Source: Clostridiales bacterium (GTDB lineage: Bacteria; Bacillota; Clostridia; Peptostreptococcales; Acidaminobacteraceae). From it: DNA of 64,000 bases. The notes under the pieces were generated by a model. It saw only the letters and a program-made list of their open reading frames with translations. It ran no database searches and was not told the DNA's origin. Shown here piece after piece: positions 29,711-39,472 of the stretch. How positions within the stretch are numbered: position 1 is the stretch's first letter; each line of letters starts with the position of its first letter. The stretch covers positions 87,351 to 151,350 of the forward strand of contig JAEIOD010000010.1 in assembly GCA_016342415.1 (NCBI GenBank), given 5' to 3'. A program made the position numbers and the translations under genes.

Positions 29711-30992
29711 CTATAATCACCTTGTCGCCATCACTAAGGTCCCTTGAACTTGATGTTATGATTTTCTCGTTTCCATAAAGCCCATTGACAATACCAATGT
29801 TTACATCATCCGATTCCCCAAGCAGCACTTCCTGGAATTTTACTGTATACGACTTACCAAACGCAGTATCTTGTTCTATAAGAACAAATACATTCTCTAT
29901 TTGTGTCCTCGCATATATGGCCGATCTAGGAATCCTGACATCATAATCTCCATATTGCTTTCTCATAAACAAATCGCAGATTTCTCCACCCATTAGATCA
30001 TCATGTTCAATATCCAAAATCAAAGTTACGACTCCACTATAATCCGATTTTCTCTTTTCAATGACCACACCATTAACTACTTCACCCAACTCTTTTATTG
30101 TTACAGAAAACTTATCTCCTATACTTATGAATTTTGACGTTTCATTTTGAAAATCAGAATGTACTTCGTAACCGTCTTTATCACTACTTAAAATATACAA
30201 GGGTGTAGAAGAGTTTATCAACATACCTTCAGTGTACGGAAGCGCCTCGACGATTCCGTCTTCATTTGCTTTGACAATACAGGATTCTATATCTTCTTCA
30301 AGTGAAATGATATCTTCTTTTATCGTCATAATGGAGAGATTGTATTCTTTTATTTGTATTTCAATGCCAAGTATTTCGTTTTTAATTAGTTCATTATTTT
30401 TTAGGTTTGCCTCAACTTGTTTCTCATAATTTTCTTTTGCTGTATTATAACTATTTTCCCAATTCAAAAGCTCATTTTTTGAAATGCCTCCACTTTCATA
30501 AATAATCATTTGATTATCTAAATTTTCTTTTGATTGGTTTAATTCTCTGACCAATCTATCTAGTGATTCACTCTTTAATCCAAGAAGTGCATTATTTTTT
30601 GATATTTCCACCCTATTAAGTGCAAGATCTAATTTACTGAGTTCTGCATTCAGATTCTTTATTTGCTTCTCTAAAGGTGTTGTATCAAGAACCATGAGTA
30701 TGTCACCTTTGGTTACTTCATCGTACTTCTTCGTATGAAGCTCTAAAATTCTAACCGGAATATCATAATACAATTCAAATTTGCTCTTACGTAAAACTTG
30801 ACCTTCACTTCTCATGACTTTCAAGAGACTTCCTGAATCGACTTTCTCAACAGTCACTCTAGGTAAAGTCCATGCAAGAAAAGATTTTGAAAAAAAAGTG
30901 AAAATGAGTATAAATATTATAAATGCTATAAAAATAGTTTTAGCTCTATTTTTTCCGATTCTCATATAATCATTGATTTTCATTATTATCAT
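29703..30992 (-). CDS. HlyD-family membrane-fusion/periplasmic adaptor-like protein
   Basis: N-terminal TM, long coiled-coil segments (IKNLNAELSKLDLALNRVEI..., QVEANLKNNELIKNEILGIEIQIKEYNL), C-terminal beta-barrel-like region. ATGA overlap with the upstream permease. Confidence 0.65.
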   Translation of the reverse strand: MIIMKINDYMRIGKNRAKTIFIAFIIFILIFTFFSKSFLAWTLPRVTVEKVDSGSLLKVMRSEGQVLRKSKFELYYDIPVRILELHTKKYDEVTKGDILMVLDTTPLEKQIKNLNAELSKLDLALNRVEISKNNALLGLKSESLDRLVRELNQSKENLDNQMIIYESGGISKNELLNWENSYNTAKENYEKQVEANLKNNELIKNEILGIEIQIKEYNLSIMTIKEDIISLEEDIESCIVKANEDGIVEALPYTEGMLINSSTPLYILSSDKDGYEVHSDFQNETSKFISIGDKFSVTIKELGEVVNGVVIEKRKSDYSGVVTLILDIEHDDLMGGEICDLFMRKQYGDYDVRIPRSAIYARTQIENVFVLIEQDTAFGKSYTVKFQEVLLGESDDVNIGIVNGLYGNEKIITSSSRDLSDGDKVIIDE

Positions 30993-31867
30993 CCCTTTGT
31001 CGTTGAATTGGAAACACCTTCTACTAAATAATTTTCACCATATAAAAACATAATTATCAGTGGCAACAAGTATATGAATCCTGCTGTAAATAAAACGCCT
31101 ATCTCAGACTCACTAACACTAGAAAGATAAATTGATAATGGATGTTTGCTTATATCATCTAAGAAAATAAGTGGTTGTTCAACCATGTTCCAATTATCAA
31201 TAAATCCCAAAATGGCAAGAGATGCAATGCCACCTTTTGTTATCGGAAAAACAATTTTAAAGAATATGGTGAAAAGATTCGCCCCATCAATTTTTGCTGA
31301 TTCGATATAATCATTCGGTATCGACATCATAAATTGTCTCAATAAAAACACACCAAAGGCACTGAATATACCTGGTAGTATAATAGCCGCTCTTGTATCC
31401 AGAAGATTAAGCCAGTTCAATGTAAAATAATTTGGTACCAATGTAACTTGAAAAGGCATCATCATGATGATTATGTATGAAAAGAAAATAACTTCTCTGC
31501 CTCTAAACTGCACTTTGGCAAAAACAAAAGCAGCCATCGACGATATCAATACTTGACCCAATACGATTGGCACCACAAGAAATACAGAATTCCAAAACAT
31601 TTTCAGAAATTGCTGTGTTTCTACCAGAACCACATTGTAATTTGAAAGAGTAATTTTATTAGGAACAAATCTTAAAAAGAAGTACCCTATCATTTCAGGT
31701 ATAGAGTTATCCGTTTCAGAAAACTCATAATATTTTTCAGTAATTTCATCACTTGCCATAAATGAGCCGGTCATTGTTAGAATCAATGGTGAAATGAACA
31801 CAAACGCTATCATCATAAGAACAACTGCTAATACATGTTTCCTTTTTTTATTGCTCATTTTTATCAT
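30989..31867 (-). CDS. carbohydrate ABC transporter permease (CUT1, MalG-like)
   Basis: EAA motif ESAKIDGANLFTIFFKIVFPITKGG, 6 TM. Confidence 0.8.
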   Translation of the reverse strand: MIKMSNKKRKHVLAVVLMMIAFVFISPLILTMTGSFMASDEITEKYYEFSETDNSIPEMIGYFFLRFVPNKITLSNYNVVLVETQQFLKMFWNSVFLVVPIVLGQVLISSMAAFVFAKVQFRGREVIFFSYIIIMMMPFQVTLVPNYFTLNWLNLLDTRAAIILPGIFSAFGVFLLRQFMMSIPNDYIESAKIDGANLFTIFFKIVFPITKGGIASLAILGFIDNWNMVEQPLIFLDDISKHPLSIYLSSVSESEIGVLFTAGFIYLLPLIIMFLYGENYLVEGVSNSTTKG

Positions 31868-32736
31868 TCTCCAATAGCCTTACTAATTTTCTTTTGAACT
31901 ATAAACATCATAAAAACTATAACCGTCACAACAATCATCATTAGAATGGCAGCTGAGACAAGTTTATAATAATCCAGTTTACTAAATTGATTGTTCATAA
32001 AATGTTGAAGCATATAAACACTTTGATGGGGATATGCACCTGCAAGTATATATACTTCTCTGAACACTTTAAATGAATTCATTATTGAAATCACAAATAC
32101 AAAAAATGTAGTGGGCATCAAATAAATAAGTGTTATAAAACTGAACTGTTGAAATGAATTTGCACCATCAATACTGGCAGCCTCATAGTATTCAATTGGA
32201 ATGTTCTGAAGTCCTGCCCAAAACAGAATTATATTGTATCCCACATTTTTCCACACATATATAACCACAACTACTATCATTGTCTTATCAGAACTAAGCC
32301 AATTGACTCCTTCAATTCCAATTCTACTGGCTATGGCATTAATCAATCCACTGCCGTCAAATATCATTTCAAAAAAGAGAATAATTGAAGCAACAGGCAC
32401 AACAAGCGGTACAATAAACGCCGTTCTTAACTGTCTTTTCATTGGTAAGTTCTTATTAAGCATAAGTGCTATAAACAGAGATATGCCCATAATAAGTACA
32501 ACACTTATAATTGTAAATTTTGTGGTGTTGGCCGCTGCTAGTCTAAATGAACTGTTGGAGTACAACTGGACATAATTCCCTACTCCAAATTTTTCTCCAG
32601 TAGAGGTGAGTTGGCTAAAAGAAAGTTTTAACATCCAAATAAAAGGCAATACAAAGAATACTCCCATTCCCAATAAACTTGGAAGAATCAGAAAAAATGC
32701 TTCTTTTTTTTCTTTCGACTTTACATTAAGACTCAT
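31864..32736 (-). CDS. carbohydrate ABC transporter permease (CUT1, MalF-like)
   Basis: EAA motif EAASIDGANSFQQFSFITLIYLMPT, 6 TM. ATGA overlap with the next gene. Confidence 0.8.
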   Translation of the reverse strand: MSLNVKSKEKKEAFFLILPSLLGMGVFFVLPFIWMLKLSFSQLTSTGEKFGVGNYVQLYSNSSFRLAAANTTKFTIISVVLIMGISLFIALMLNKNLPMKRQLRTAFIVPLVVPVASIILFFEMIFDGSGLINAIASRIGIEGVNWLSSDKTMIVVVVIYVWKNVGYNIILFWAGLQNIPIEYYEAASIDGANSFQQFSFITLIYLMPTTFFVFVISIMNSFKVFREVYILAGAYPHQSVYMLQHFMNNQFSKLDYYKLVSAAILMMIVVTVIVFMMFIVQKKISKAIGE

Positions 32737-32781
32737 TGCTCACCTCAAATTCAAAGAGTTGCATTACCTTTTTTTTCAATT

Positions 32782-35007
32782 TTATTCATTGAGATATAAA
32801 GTAACCTTATTTTGAATTGTATCAATTACATCTTCAAGACTCTTCTCTCCATCAAGATAACTGAAGATCTCTTCTTTAATGGATTCATATAGAATATTTT
32901 CCATTAACATTTTATTACCAATCATCTTATCTAATTCTTCTAAAGCTGCCACTTCCTCATCTAAAATATATCTGGCATCAGGAAAGGTTGTCAATATGGC
33001 TTCAATACGTGTATTATACACATCCACCATGGTCGTTCTATAGTCATTGTTTATACTAAAGCCATTTAACTCACTAATTTCCTGTCCTTTAGGAGAAATT
33101 AGAAACTTGATAAATTCCCAACTCTCAACAGGATATTCCGTACTAGAGTTAATACCAACCTTTATAGCACCCATTCTTATGCCATCGTCTCCTGGAGACT
33201 TCCATATTTCAAATGAATCCTCAAACAACTCAAAGGGGGCATTTAAAGCATAATTCGCCAAATAAAATGGAAATACGATGATGTTATTTCTGCCTTCTCC
33301 TAAACCTTGAAAAGTAGTATAGATATTCACATCTTCATCAATGAAATCTCCATCTTTAATTCTTTTAGTAACTTCAAGACTTCTCTTGAACTTTTCATCA
33401 TTAAAACGAGCTACTTTATTTTCATAGTCAATGTACTTATCCAAATTAATTAGGAAAGTAGCCATGATGTCCCCTTGGAAATTTTGATCGAATACTTTTG
33501 CTTCTGATTCACTCGATTCAACTATATCAAGGACCGTCTCAAAATCATCAAGGTCCCAACTACTATCTACAGTTGCACCAAGTTCTTGTAACAGTTTTTG
33601 ATTTATCACATTTGCATAATAATAGTATCTAACAGGAAATACATACAGTTCATCATCAAGTCTTGAATTTTCAATGATATTTGCATTATAGTCGGTAATA
33701 TCAAATTCTGGATCGTTATTGATCATCTCATCTAAAGCAAGCAGATAACCTTTCTGAGAAAAAGTAACTTCAGGGAAATCAGACATAAAAATATCCGCTC
33801 CATCACCAGTCATCATTTTTAGATTTAACTTTTCTATATATTCTTTACTATCAACCTTGCCAAATTCCACTATTTCAATTTTTATGCCAGGGTTCTCTTT
33901 TTCAAATGCTGTAGCTGTTTTTCTATAAACGCCATTGAAATCAAGAAGCACTTGCATCGTTAACACGACTGAATCAACTTCATTTTCCCTGGCTGTTATT
34001 GTGGCTTCATCAGCATCTCCATAAAAAACGATTCTCATCTTGTCCGTTTTGTAAAGCATGGCATATATATTACTATTTTCAGTTATAACAAAGCCAAACG
34101 AAAATTGAAACTCGCTTAACTGGTTCATATCCAGAACCATCGCTTCATTTTCAAGTTCAGAATCGTAACTGTATATCGAACCTTCACTCAGCTGATATAT
34201 CCTGTCTGTATAAGAATCATAGACCAAAGAGGACAAGCCCAGTTTATCTTCAAATTTTAATTCGACTAATGTATCTCCAGTTTCCGGATTTATTTTTGTA
34301 ATGGCTGTGGTCGGAATATCAACATCTTCTAACCTTGAAAGATAAAAAATATCTCCCTCTTTATCAATTACAAAATCTGACGCACTTTGCTTATCATAAA
34401 TCATTTCAATGCCATATTCCCCATTGTATTTCTCAATGGCACCATTTGATTTAAGAAGGTATAAACTATCATCATCATACAACATTTTAACGATCATCTT
34501 GTCTTGAATGTCTTCAACAGTACCTTCAATCGTCATAAAAAAGTCTTGCTTTTCTGTTATTCCAGTCTCCAAATCCATCTTTACAAGTTGGTAACTCGCA
34601 TCTACAATCATTGACGATTCAATTGGTTTTATATCCAGTGTGAAAATATACATATTATCATCTTTATCTAAAGTAAAAACTTGCCCGCTACCTTCAAAAT
34701 CAACATCAATTGTCTTGATCAACTGACCATCACTGTCCAGTAAAAGATAACCTTTCTCATCTTTTAACTCATCTTCGTGATAGGCTATTACTTCACCTTT
34801 ACTGTTGACGATCATTGACTGAACAAATAATTCTGAAATGTCATCAGCAATTTTTATTTCCATATACTGTTTATCTTCAGTTGTATTAACTGCTTCAATG
34901 TCTTCATCTTCTTTTATATCTACTCCATCATCTTGTATGACGACATATATGATGACTACAATTGCAATTACAACCGCTATCACTATTAACATTTTACTAA
35001 GTTTCAT
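32782..35007 (-). CDS. membrane-anchored extracellular solute-binding protein (SBP family 1) with ~370-aa N-terminal extra domain
   Basis: Likely start MKLSKMLIVIAVVIAIVVIIYVV with SD GGAGGTG (ATG 35007). Track ORF starts at 35052. C-terminal half has the SBP_bac_1 pattern (TAFEKENPGIKIEIVEFGK...). N-terminal half is beta-rich with no recognised domain. Confidence 0.65.
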   Translation of the reverse strand: MKLSKMLIVIAVVIAIVVIIYVVIQDDGVDIKEDEDIEAVNTTEDKQYMEIKIADDISELFVQSMIVNSKGEVIAYHEDELKDEKGYLLLDSDGQLIKTIDVDFEGSGQVFTLDKDDNMYIFTLDIKPIESSMIVDASYQLVKMDLETGITEKQDFFMTIEGTVEDIQDKMIVKMLYDDDSLYLLKSNGAIEKYNGEYGIEMIYDKQSASDFVIDKEGDIFYLSRLEDVDIPTTAITKINPETGDTLVELKFEDKLGLSSLVYDSYTDRIYQLSEGSIYSYDSELENEAMVLDMNQLSEFQFSFGFVITENSNIYAMLYKTDKMRIVFYGDADEATITARENEVDSVVLTMQVLLDFNGVYRKTATAFEKENPGIKIEIVEFGKVDSKEYIEKLNLKMMTGDGADIFMSDFPEVTFSQKGYLLALDEMINNDPEFDITDYNANIIENSRLDDELYVFPVRYYYYANVINQKLLQELGATVDSSWDLDDFETVLDIVESSESEAKVFDQNFQGDIMATFLINLDKYIDYENKVARFNDEKFKRSLEVTKRIKDGDFIDEDVNIYTTFQGLGEGRNNIIVFPFYLANYALNAPFELFEDSFEIWKSPGDDGIRMGAIKVGINSSTEYPVESWEFIKFLISPKGQEISELNGFSINNDYRTTMVDVYNTRIEAILTTFPDARYILDEEVAALEELDKMIGNKMLMENILYESIKEEIFSYLDGEKSLEDVIDTIQNKVTLYLNE

Positions 35008-35607
35008 AGTTGCACCTCCATGATTGATTTCACTACTTGACTTACTTCTCATAAAACATAATACCCCATTATTAAAACTAAAAACTTCAATTCAATCCCC
35101 CCAAAACAACACCTGGGGATTTAGCTCTTTTAAACAAGTAGTCCATAAAACAAAATCATGGAACAATACATACGACCAGTTTGATCGATGTTTCCAGTGA
35201 AACATAATCTTATAACATCTCTAGGCTCCATCAGTTTTGAATTTATATTCATCATAAAAAGATTATAGAAATGCAACGTCTGATTTACAGCAATTATAAC
35301 AGTTTTAAGATTAATTTCCAGACTGTTTAGAAGTAGCTTTTTATGTAATACTTGCAAAAAAAAATAAGAAAAAGATTTTCTCTTTTTCTTATACACGTTT
35401 ACTTGTATTACCCGAACTTGGTACATTAATGACATTGAAACTATGATTTTATAATCAAAAGTATCATAAACATTATTATAAATATTGGAATGTTAAGCAT
35501 ATATACCATTTTTAAAAAATACTTCATGTATCTCTTAAAAAGATATCTGTTTCTTTCAATTTATTTTTTAAAAACATATGAGAATCGTGTGATAAAACAC
35601 CTAAACA

Positions 35608-35760
35608 TTATTTTACTTTAATGTTGAAGTATTTTTTGGACGCATTACTTGAAGCTATCATTTGATCAAACAACTTTTTATTTAGACTGACTTCAGTGCT
35701 TTGCACTCTTTTTTTTGAACCTTTATAATAGTCGTCATTATCCTTTAAATCAAATTCCAT
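35608..35760 (-). CDS. small Lys-rich ORF (50 aa), below the ORF-track length cutoff
   Basis: MEFDLKDNDDYYKGSKKRVQSTEVSLNKKLFDQMIASSNASKKYFNIKVK with SD AAGAGGA 8 nt upstream, just downstream of small paralog A. Confidence 0.3.
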   Translation of the reverse strand: MEFDLKDNDDYYKGSKKRVQSTEVSLNKKLFDQMIASSNASKKYFNIKVK

Positions 35761-35812
35761 ATTTTATTCCTCTTTACTATTCTTAATTGATTTAATAGAA
35801 TATCATATTCTA

Positions 35813-36106
35813 TTAGTTTACTATTCCTTCTTTTTTATTTTTTTGTAATATGCTATTTGCAAAAGCACATAAACGGCTGACTTTATTGCTGGCAGTATAT
35901 TTTTTTTGAAAGCTAGAATCTTGAAACTGATCATTCAAAAAAGCTGCAATTTCACGTACTTCATTTTCAAAAAGATCACTATTCTGATCACTGAGTAAAT
36001 CTAAGAAAACTTCAATATTATCATTATCAATGTCTTTTAAGGACGCTAAAATACTTTTCAATTCCTCATATTTGTAAACATTCATATTTATTTTCTCCTT
36101 CAACAT
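35813..36106 (-). CDS. small acidic helical protein, paralog A of a three-member tandem family
   Basis: 97 aa. Shares the pattern ..SIL..I...N.DFE.F.E.....D...E..I.FL... with 36594..36869 and 36897..37175. Confidence 0.5.
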   Translation of the reverse strand: MLKEKINMNVYKYEELKSILASLKDIDNDNIEVFLDLLSDQNSDLFENEVREIAAFLNDQFQDSSFQKKYTASNKVSRLCAFANSILQKNKKEGIVN

Positions 36107-36593
36107 GATTCAAGTCAATAATCAAATGTCACCTTATCGATTATGGAAACTAGCTATTCAAAAAAAGTAGTATCTAAAGATTGCAGAATCTCCCCTACAA
36201 TGCCATAAGGTTTTCATTCATCTTGGTATCTTATTTGTTAAAAACACACGGAGTGCAACTGAACAATTATCACAATTTGTCTTGTAACGTATCCAGTAAT
36301 GGTGTTTGTATTGTCAATTGACTGTTCATTTTTCGACTGCCGCATCCTTTCAATATTCTTTTAAAAACCACATAATGTATAATAATCGACAAATGTTTCA
36401 GTTCAAAACAAAATTTTGGGTACAAAAATAACATCACCCTATATGGTGAACTCAAATCCTCTTAACGAATATTTCGAAAAGTATTCAAGTACATTAATAA
36501 ATAGTAGCCATGCTCATTATTAGTATATGATTTTAATCATTTCCCATAAAGTTCTCCTTAATCAGTCTCTTTGCTGATAGGTTTATCATCAGT

Positions 36594-36869
36594 TTATTCT
36601 AATAAAACCCCTTGATAAGCATTTATAACTATATCATTCATACCGATAATAATTTCTTTTAATTTCGACTGAGGCAACTCAATTAATTCAGCATCACAGT
36701 TAATACCTAAATCAAGGATTAAGAAATCTAAAATATTATCTAGTGTGTCTTTAGTTACCCCAATTTTTATTGAGATAATCGCTTCTGCAAACGAGTCAAA
36801 ATCAAATATATTTTTTTCATCAACAACACTTAATATTTTATTAAATCTACGAGTTGTGATTTTACCCAC
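36594..36869 (-). CDS. small acidic helical protein, paralog B
   Basis: 91 aa. Aligns with paralog C: RRF / DFDSFAEAI~DFESFIEVM / LDNILDFLILDLGINCDAEL~IDEIIGFLSEEMGVESDADI / KEIIIGMNDIVINAY~KQLINFTNQIVENLY. Confidence 0.55.
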   Translation of the reverse strand: MGKITTRRFNKILSVVDEKNIFDFDSFAEAIISIKIGVTKDTLDNILDFLILDLGINCDAELIELPQSKLKEIIIGMNDIVINAYQGVLLE

Positions 36870-36896
36870 TAGATCACCTCACGTAATAAATAATAG

Positions 36897-37175
36897 CTAT
36901 TTTTCATCATACAAATTTTCAACAATTTGGTTAGTAAAATTTATTAATTGTTTGACTTCACCAACTGACATATTGCAAATATCTGCGTCACTCTCAACTC
37001 CCATTTCCTCTGATAAAAATCCTATAATCTCATCAATTTCCGAATCAAACAGAATATCAAAACGATTGTCCATGACTTCAATAAATGATTCGAAATCAAC
37101 ATTGTTTTCCTTATTTATATCCTTTAATATACTTCTAAACGTATCATGTGTAAATCTTCTCATTACAACCTCCAT
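36897..37175 (-). CDS. small acidic helical protein, paralog C
   Basis: 92 aa, see paralog B. Confidence 0.55.
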   Translation of the reverse strand: MEVVMRRFTHDTFRSILKDINKENNVDFESFIEVMDNRFDILFDSEIDEIIGFLSEEMGVESDADICNMSVGEVKQLINFTNQIVENLYDEK

Positions 37176-38147
37176 TAACTGCCATCAATTAATCCACCTG
37201 ATTAAAATAAGTCATCTCAAATGAACATAACAATCAAGTAAACATTTAAGCACTAATCTTAAAATAATATCAGCATCAACCATTATTCCCTTCTACTTGG
37301 TTTTTATCTGTAGGAAAATCTCCCTACTTCAATAACATTTAAAAACCAATTTCATTTCTTCAATATTTCTTAAGAGTATTATAATCCTGATTAATCCATT
37401 TGTAAATCTTTTTTTTTCAATAATTCAACTTATTTTTTTAAAAAAATTAAGTTCTTTGAAACCGTTGGTACAACATCATGACAACGTTTTCCTACATTTT
37501 TGTTTTTAAGTGTTTCATCTTCGAAATAAATACAAAAAAAAAATCTTATCATTCATGGATAATTGTACTTAATTAACATCTCCATCTGAATAATAATGGA
37601 TATTTCTCTGTGGATATGGTATCGTTACCCTATTTCTACAGATTGTTCTTATCTATAACTTCTGTAATCATGCTTTTGACATGATCAATATCGTCTTTAT
37701 AAATCGCCGATACTAGAAATGGCCAGTCTTGGTAAAAACGCTATTACATCATCAAGAAGTTTATCCATTGTTTACTCTTATTTTTGACAGTCAACTTTTA
37801 GTTTTTTCTACATATTACGAACTCTATATGCATTCGACTACCAAGAAAATATGACTATATCGCTCAGTATTGAAACCACATTACCTAATCTGATACTAGG
37901 AGGTCCATCAATAACTTAATATAAGCCTAAGAAAGAAATCAAAGAACATGATAACCGATGTTATTCATTTCCTTACTCAAATTATTGACAACCTCCTTAT
38001 GATATTAATTCTAACAGCGTTTTCTTATCTTTATCTATCAAATAATCCTTTCCTTTGTTTTACTGATATGGTCAATGGTTTTACCTTTTTTCCGATTTAC
38101 ATGGTTTTTATTTTTTTAAGTACACTGATATATTATTATCCAGTTGC

Positions 38148-38414
38148 TTATTCGAAACTGTCCTTTTCCTCTTTTAACACTTCTAATGTTTCTTCATCTA
38201 GTCCAAGTTCACTTTCCTTGTTCAGTTTCATAGTCTTTTTCTTAATAATGGCATGAATTTTCGGGAAAAGTTCCACCTTTTTTAGATTCTTTCCAAGTAG
38301 GGTCAAGAGAGCTCCTAGAGCTGCACCAATTGCAAATAATTTAACCCTTTTGCCTTTAATGTCTTTTTTCAGCACTTCATTTTCGATTTCAAGTTTTTTT
38401 ATTTTCTTCTTCAT
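38148..38414 (-). CDS. hypothetical single-TM Lys/Glu-rich protein (88 aa)
   Basis: Lys-rich N-terminus, TM LFAIGAALGALLTLLG, acidic C-terminus. Preferred over the overlapping antisense ORF 37948..38256. Confidence 0.4.
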   Translation of the reverse strand: MKKKIKKLEIENEVLKKDIKGKRVKLFAIGAALGALLTLLGKNLKKVELFPKIHAIIKKKTMKLNKESELGLDEETLEVLKEEKDSFE

Positions 38415-39071
38415 TGTTTACCTTCTTTCTCATTCATTTCAGCTATTTCCTCATTTAAACAATCAATTTCCTCAGCTAAATTTTTATTTCTTTTTTATTC
38501 CACCATTTTCACTCAATAAAGCATTATATCGCTTTTCATGCCCTTATGTGTATGTCTTTCCTTTCACCGGAAATCGTATCAATAGAGTAAACTATCACTA
38601 CACCAACTGAAATAGAAATTAGAATGAAAAAAGCTACAGAAATATCAACTTTTGCAATAATAAATCAATTGGTAATGCTGCATCATTCAGTATTGCAATA
38701 ACAGCAATTCTGATTGAAAACAATAGAGCTATTATAATTTATTTGCATACGCACCTCCACGTTTTTCTTACCCTGATAAAGCATTAAGAAACATTTGAAA
38801 AATACATTTTCAGATATTGATATATATCTTCAGTTTTATGACTTAAAAATATCTATCATATTCAACTTTTCACAACGAAGCTTTGAAAATTGAAGACAAT
38901 TGTTTGACAGTGTGTTTTTCATTTTCCGCTCATACGTCTTGTCTTATGAATATTCCCGAAAAAAAACCACTAATCCTAATTCCGATCAATGGTTATTTCT
39001 GTTTGCTATATAAAATTATAATAGATGTGCTTCTCATATTTGCCAATCGCTCTTTAATCTAATTGAGTATG

Positions 39072-39317
39072 CTACAGTGGCTTGTTATATTGATTGGCAC
39101 TGAAATAGTCCATTATGCGTAAAATCTCTTTATCAGTCAGCACGAGTATTTCAATATCAAGCTTAAGAAAATCTTTATCATCAGCGATATTCTTTATGCA
39201 TACTGAGTTTTCCTCTGACCGATTAAAGTGCTGTTCAATGATATTTTCTATATCATCAAGTAATTTTAGAGATTTATATGAAACACTTTCATTAAAATTT
39301 ATTTTTTTATACCTCAC
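39072..39317 (-). CDS. hypothetical protein (81 aa)
   Basis: ORF only. Confidence 0.3.
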   Translation of the reverse strand: MRYKKINFNESVSYKSLKLLDDIENIIEQHFNRSEENSVCIKNIADDKDFLKLDIEILVLTDKEILRIMDYFSANQYNKPL

Positions 39318-39472
39318 TTTGTTGTCTTAAGATTTGAAAAAAGCATGATTAATATTGTATGTTTTCTTTTATTAGACGAATTATATGATATTTAATTCTT
39401 CGTGTCAATCCATTTAAACAGATACTTTTTTTATATAAAAATATCAGTTTATAACTTATGTTCAAAAGATAT

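Noticed and set aside
35083-35115. Hairpin ATCCCC-N14-GGGGAT upstream of the SBP gene
   Set aside because: No adjacent T-run on either strand. Could be a regulatory stem in the 5' leader, but there is no further evidence.
35130-35435. 101-aa minus-strand ORF, and 36270..36455 (61 aa)
   Set aside because: AT-rich island ORFs with no SD and hydrophobic/low-complexity translations. Insufficient support.
37948-38256. 102-aa plus ORF overlapping 38148..38414
   Set aside because: Extremely Phe/Ser/Leu-rich translation typical of T-rich noncoding sequence. The opposite-strand ORF is more protein-like.
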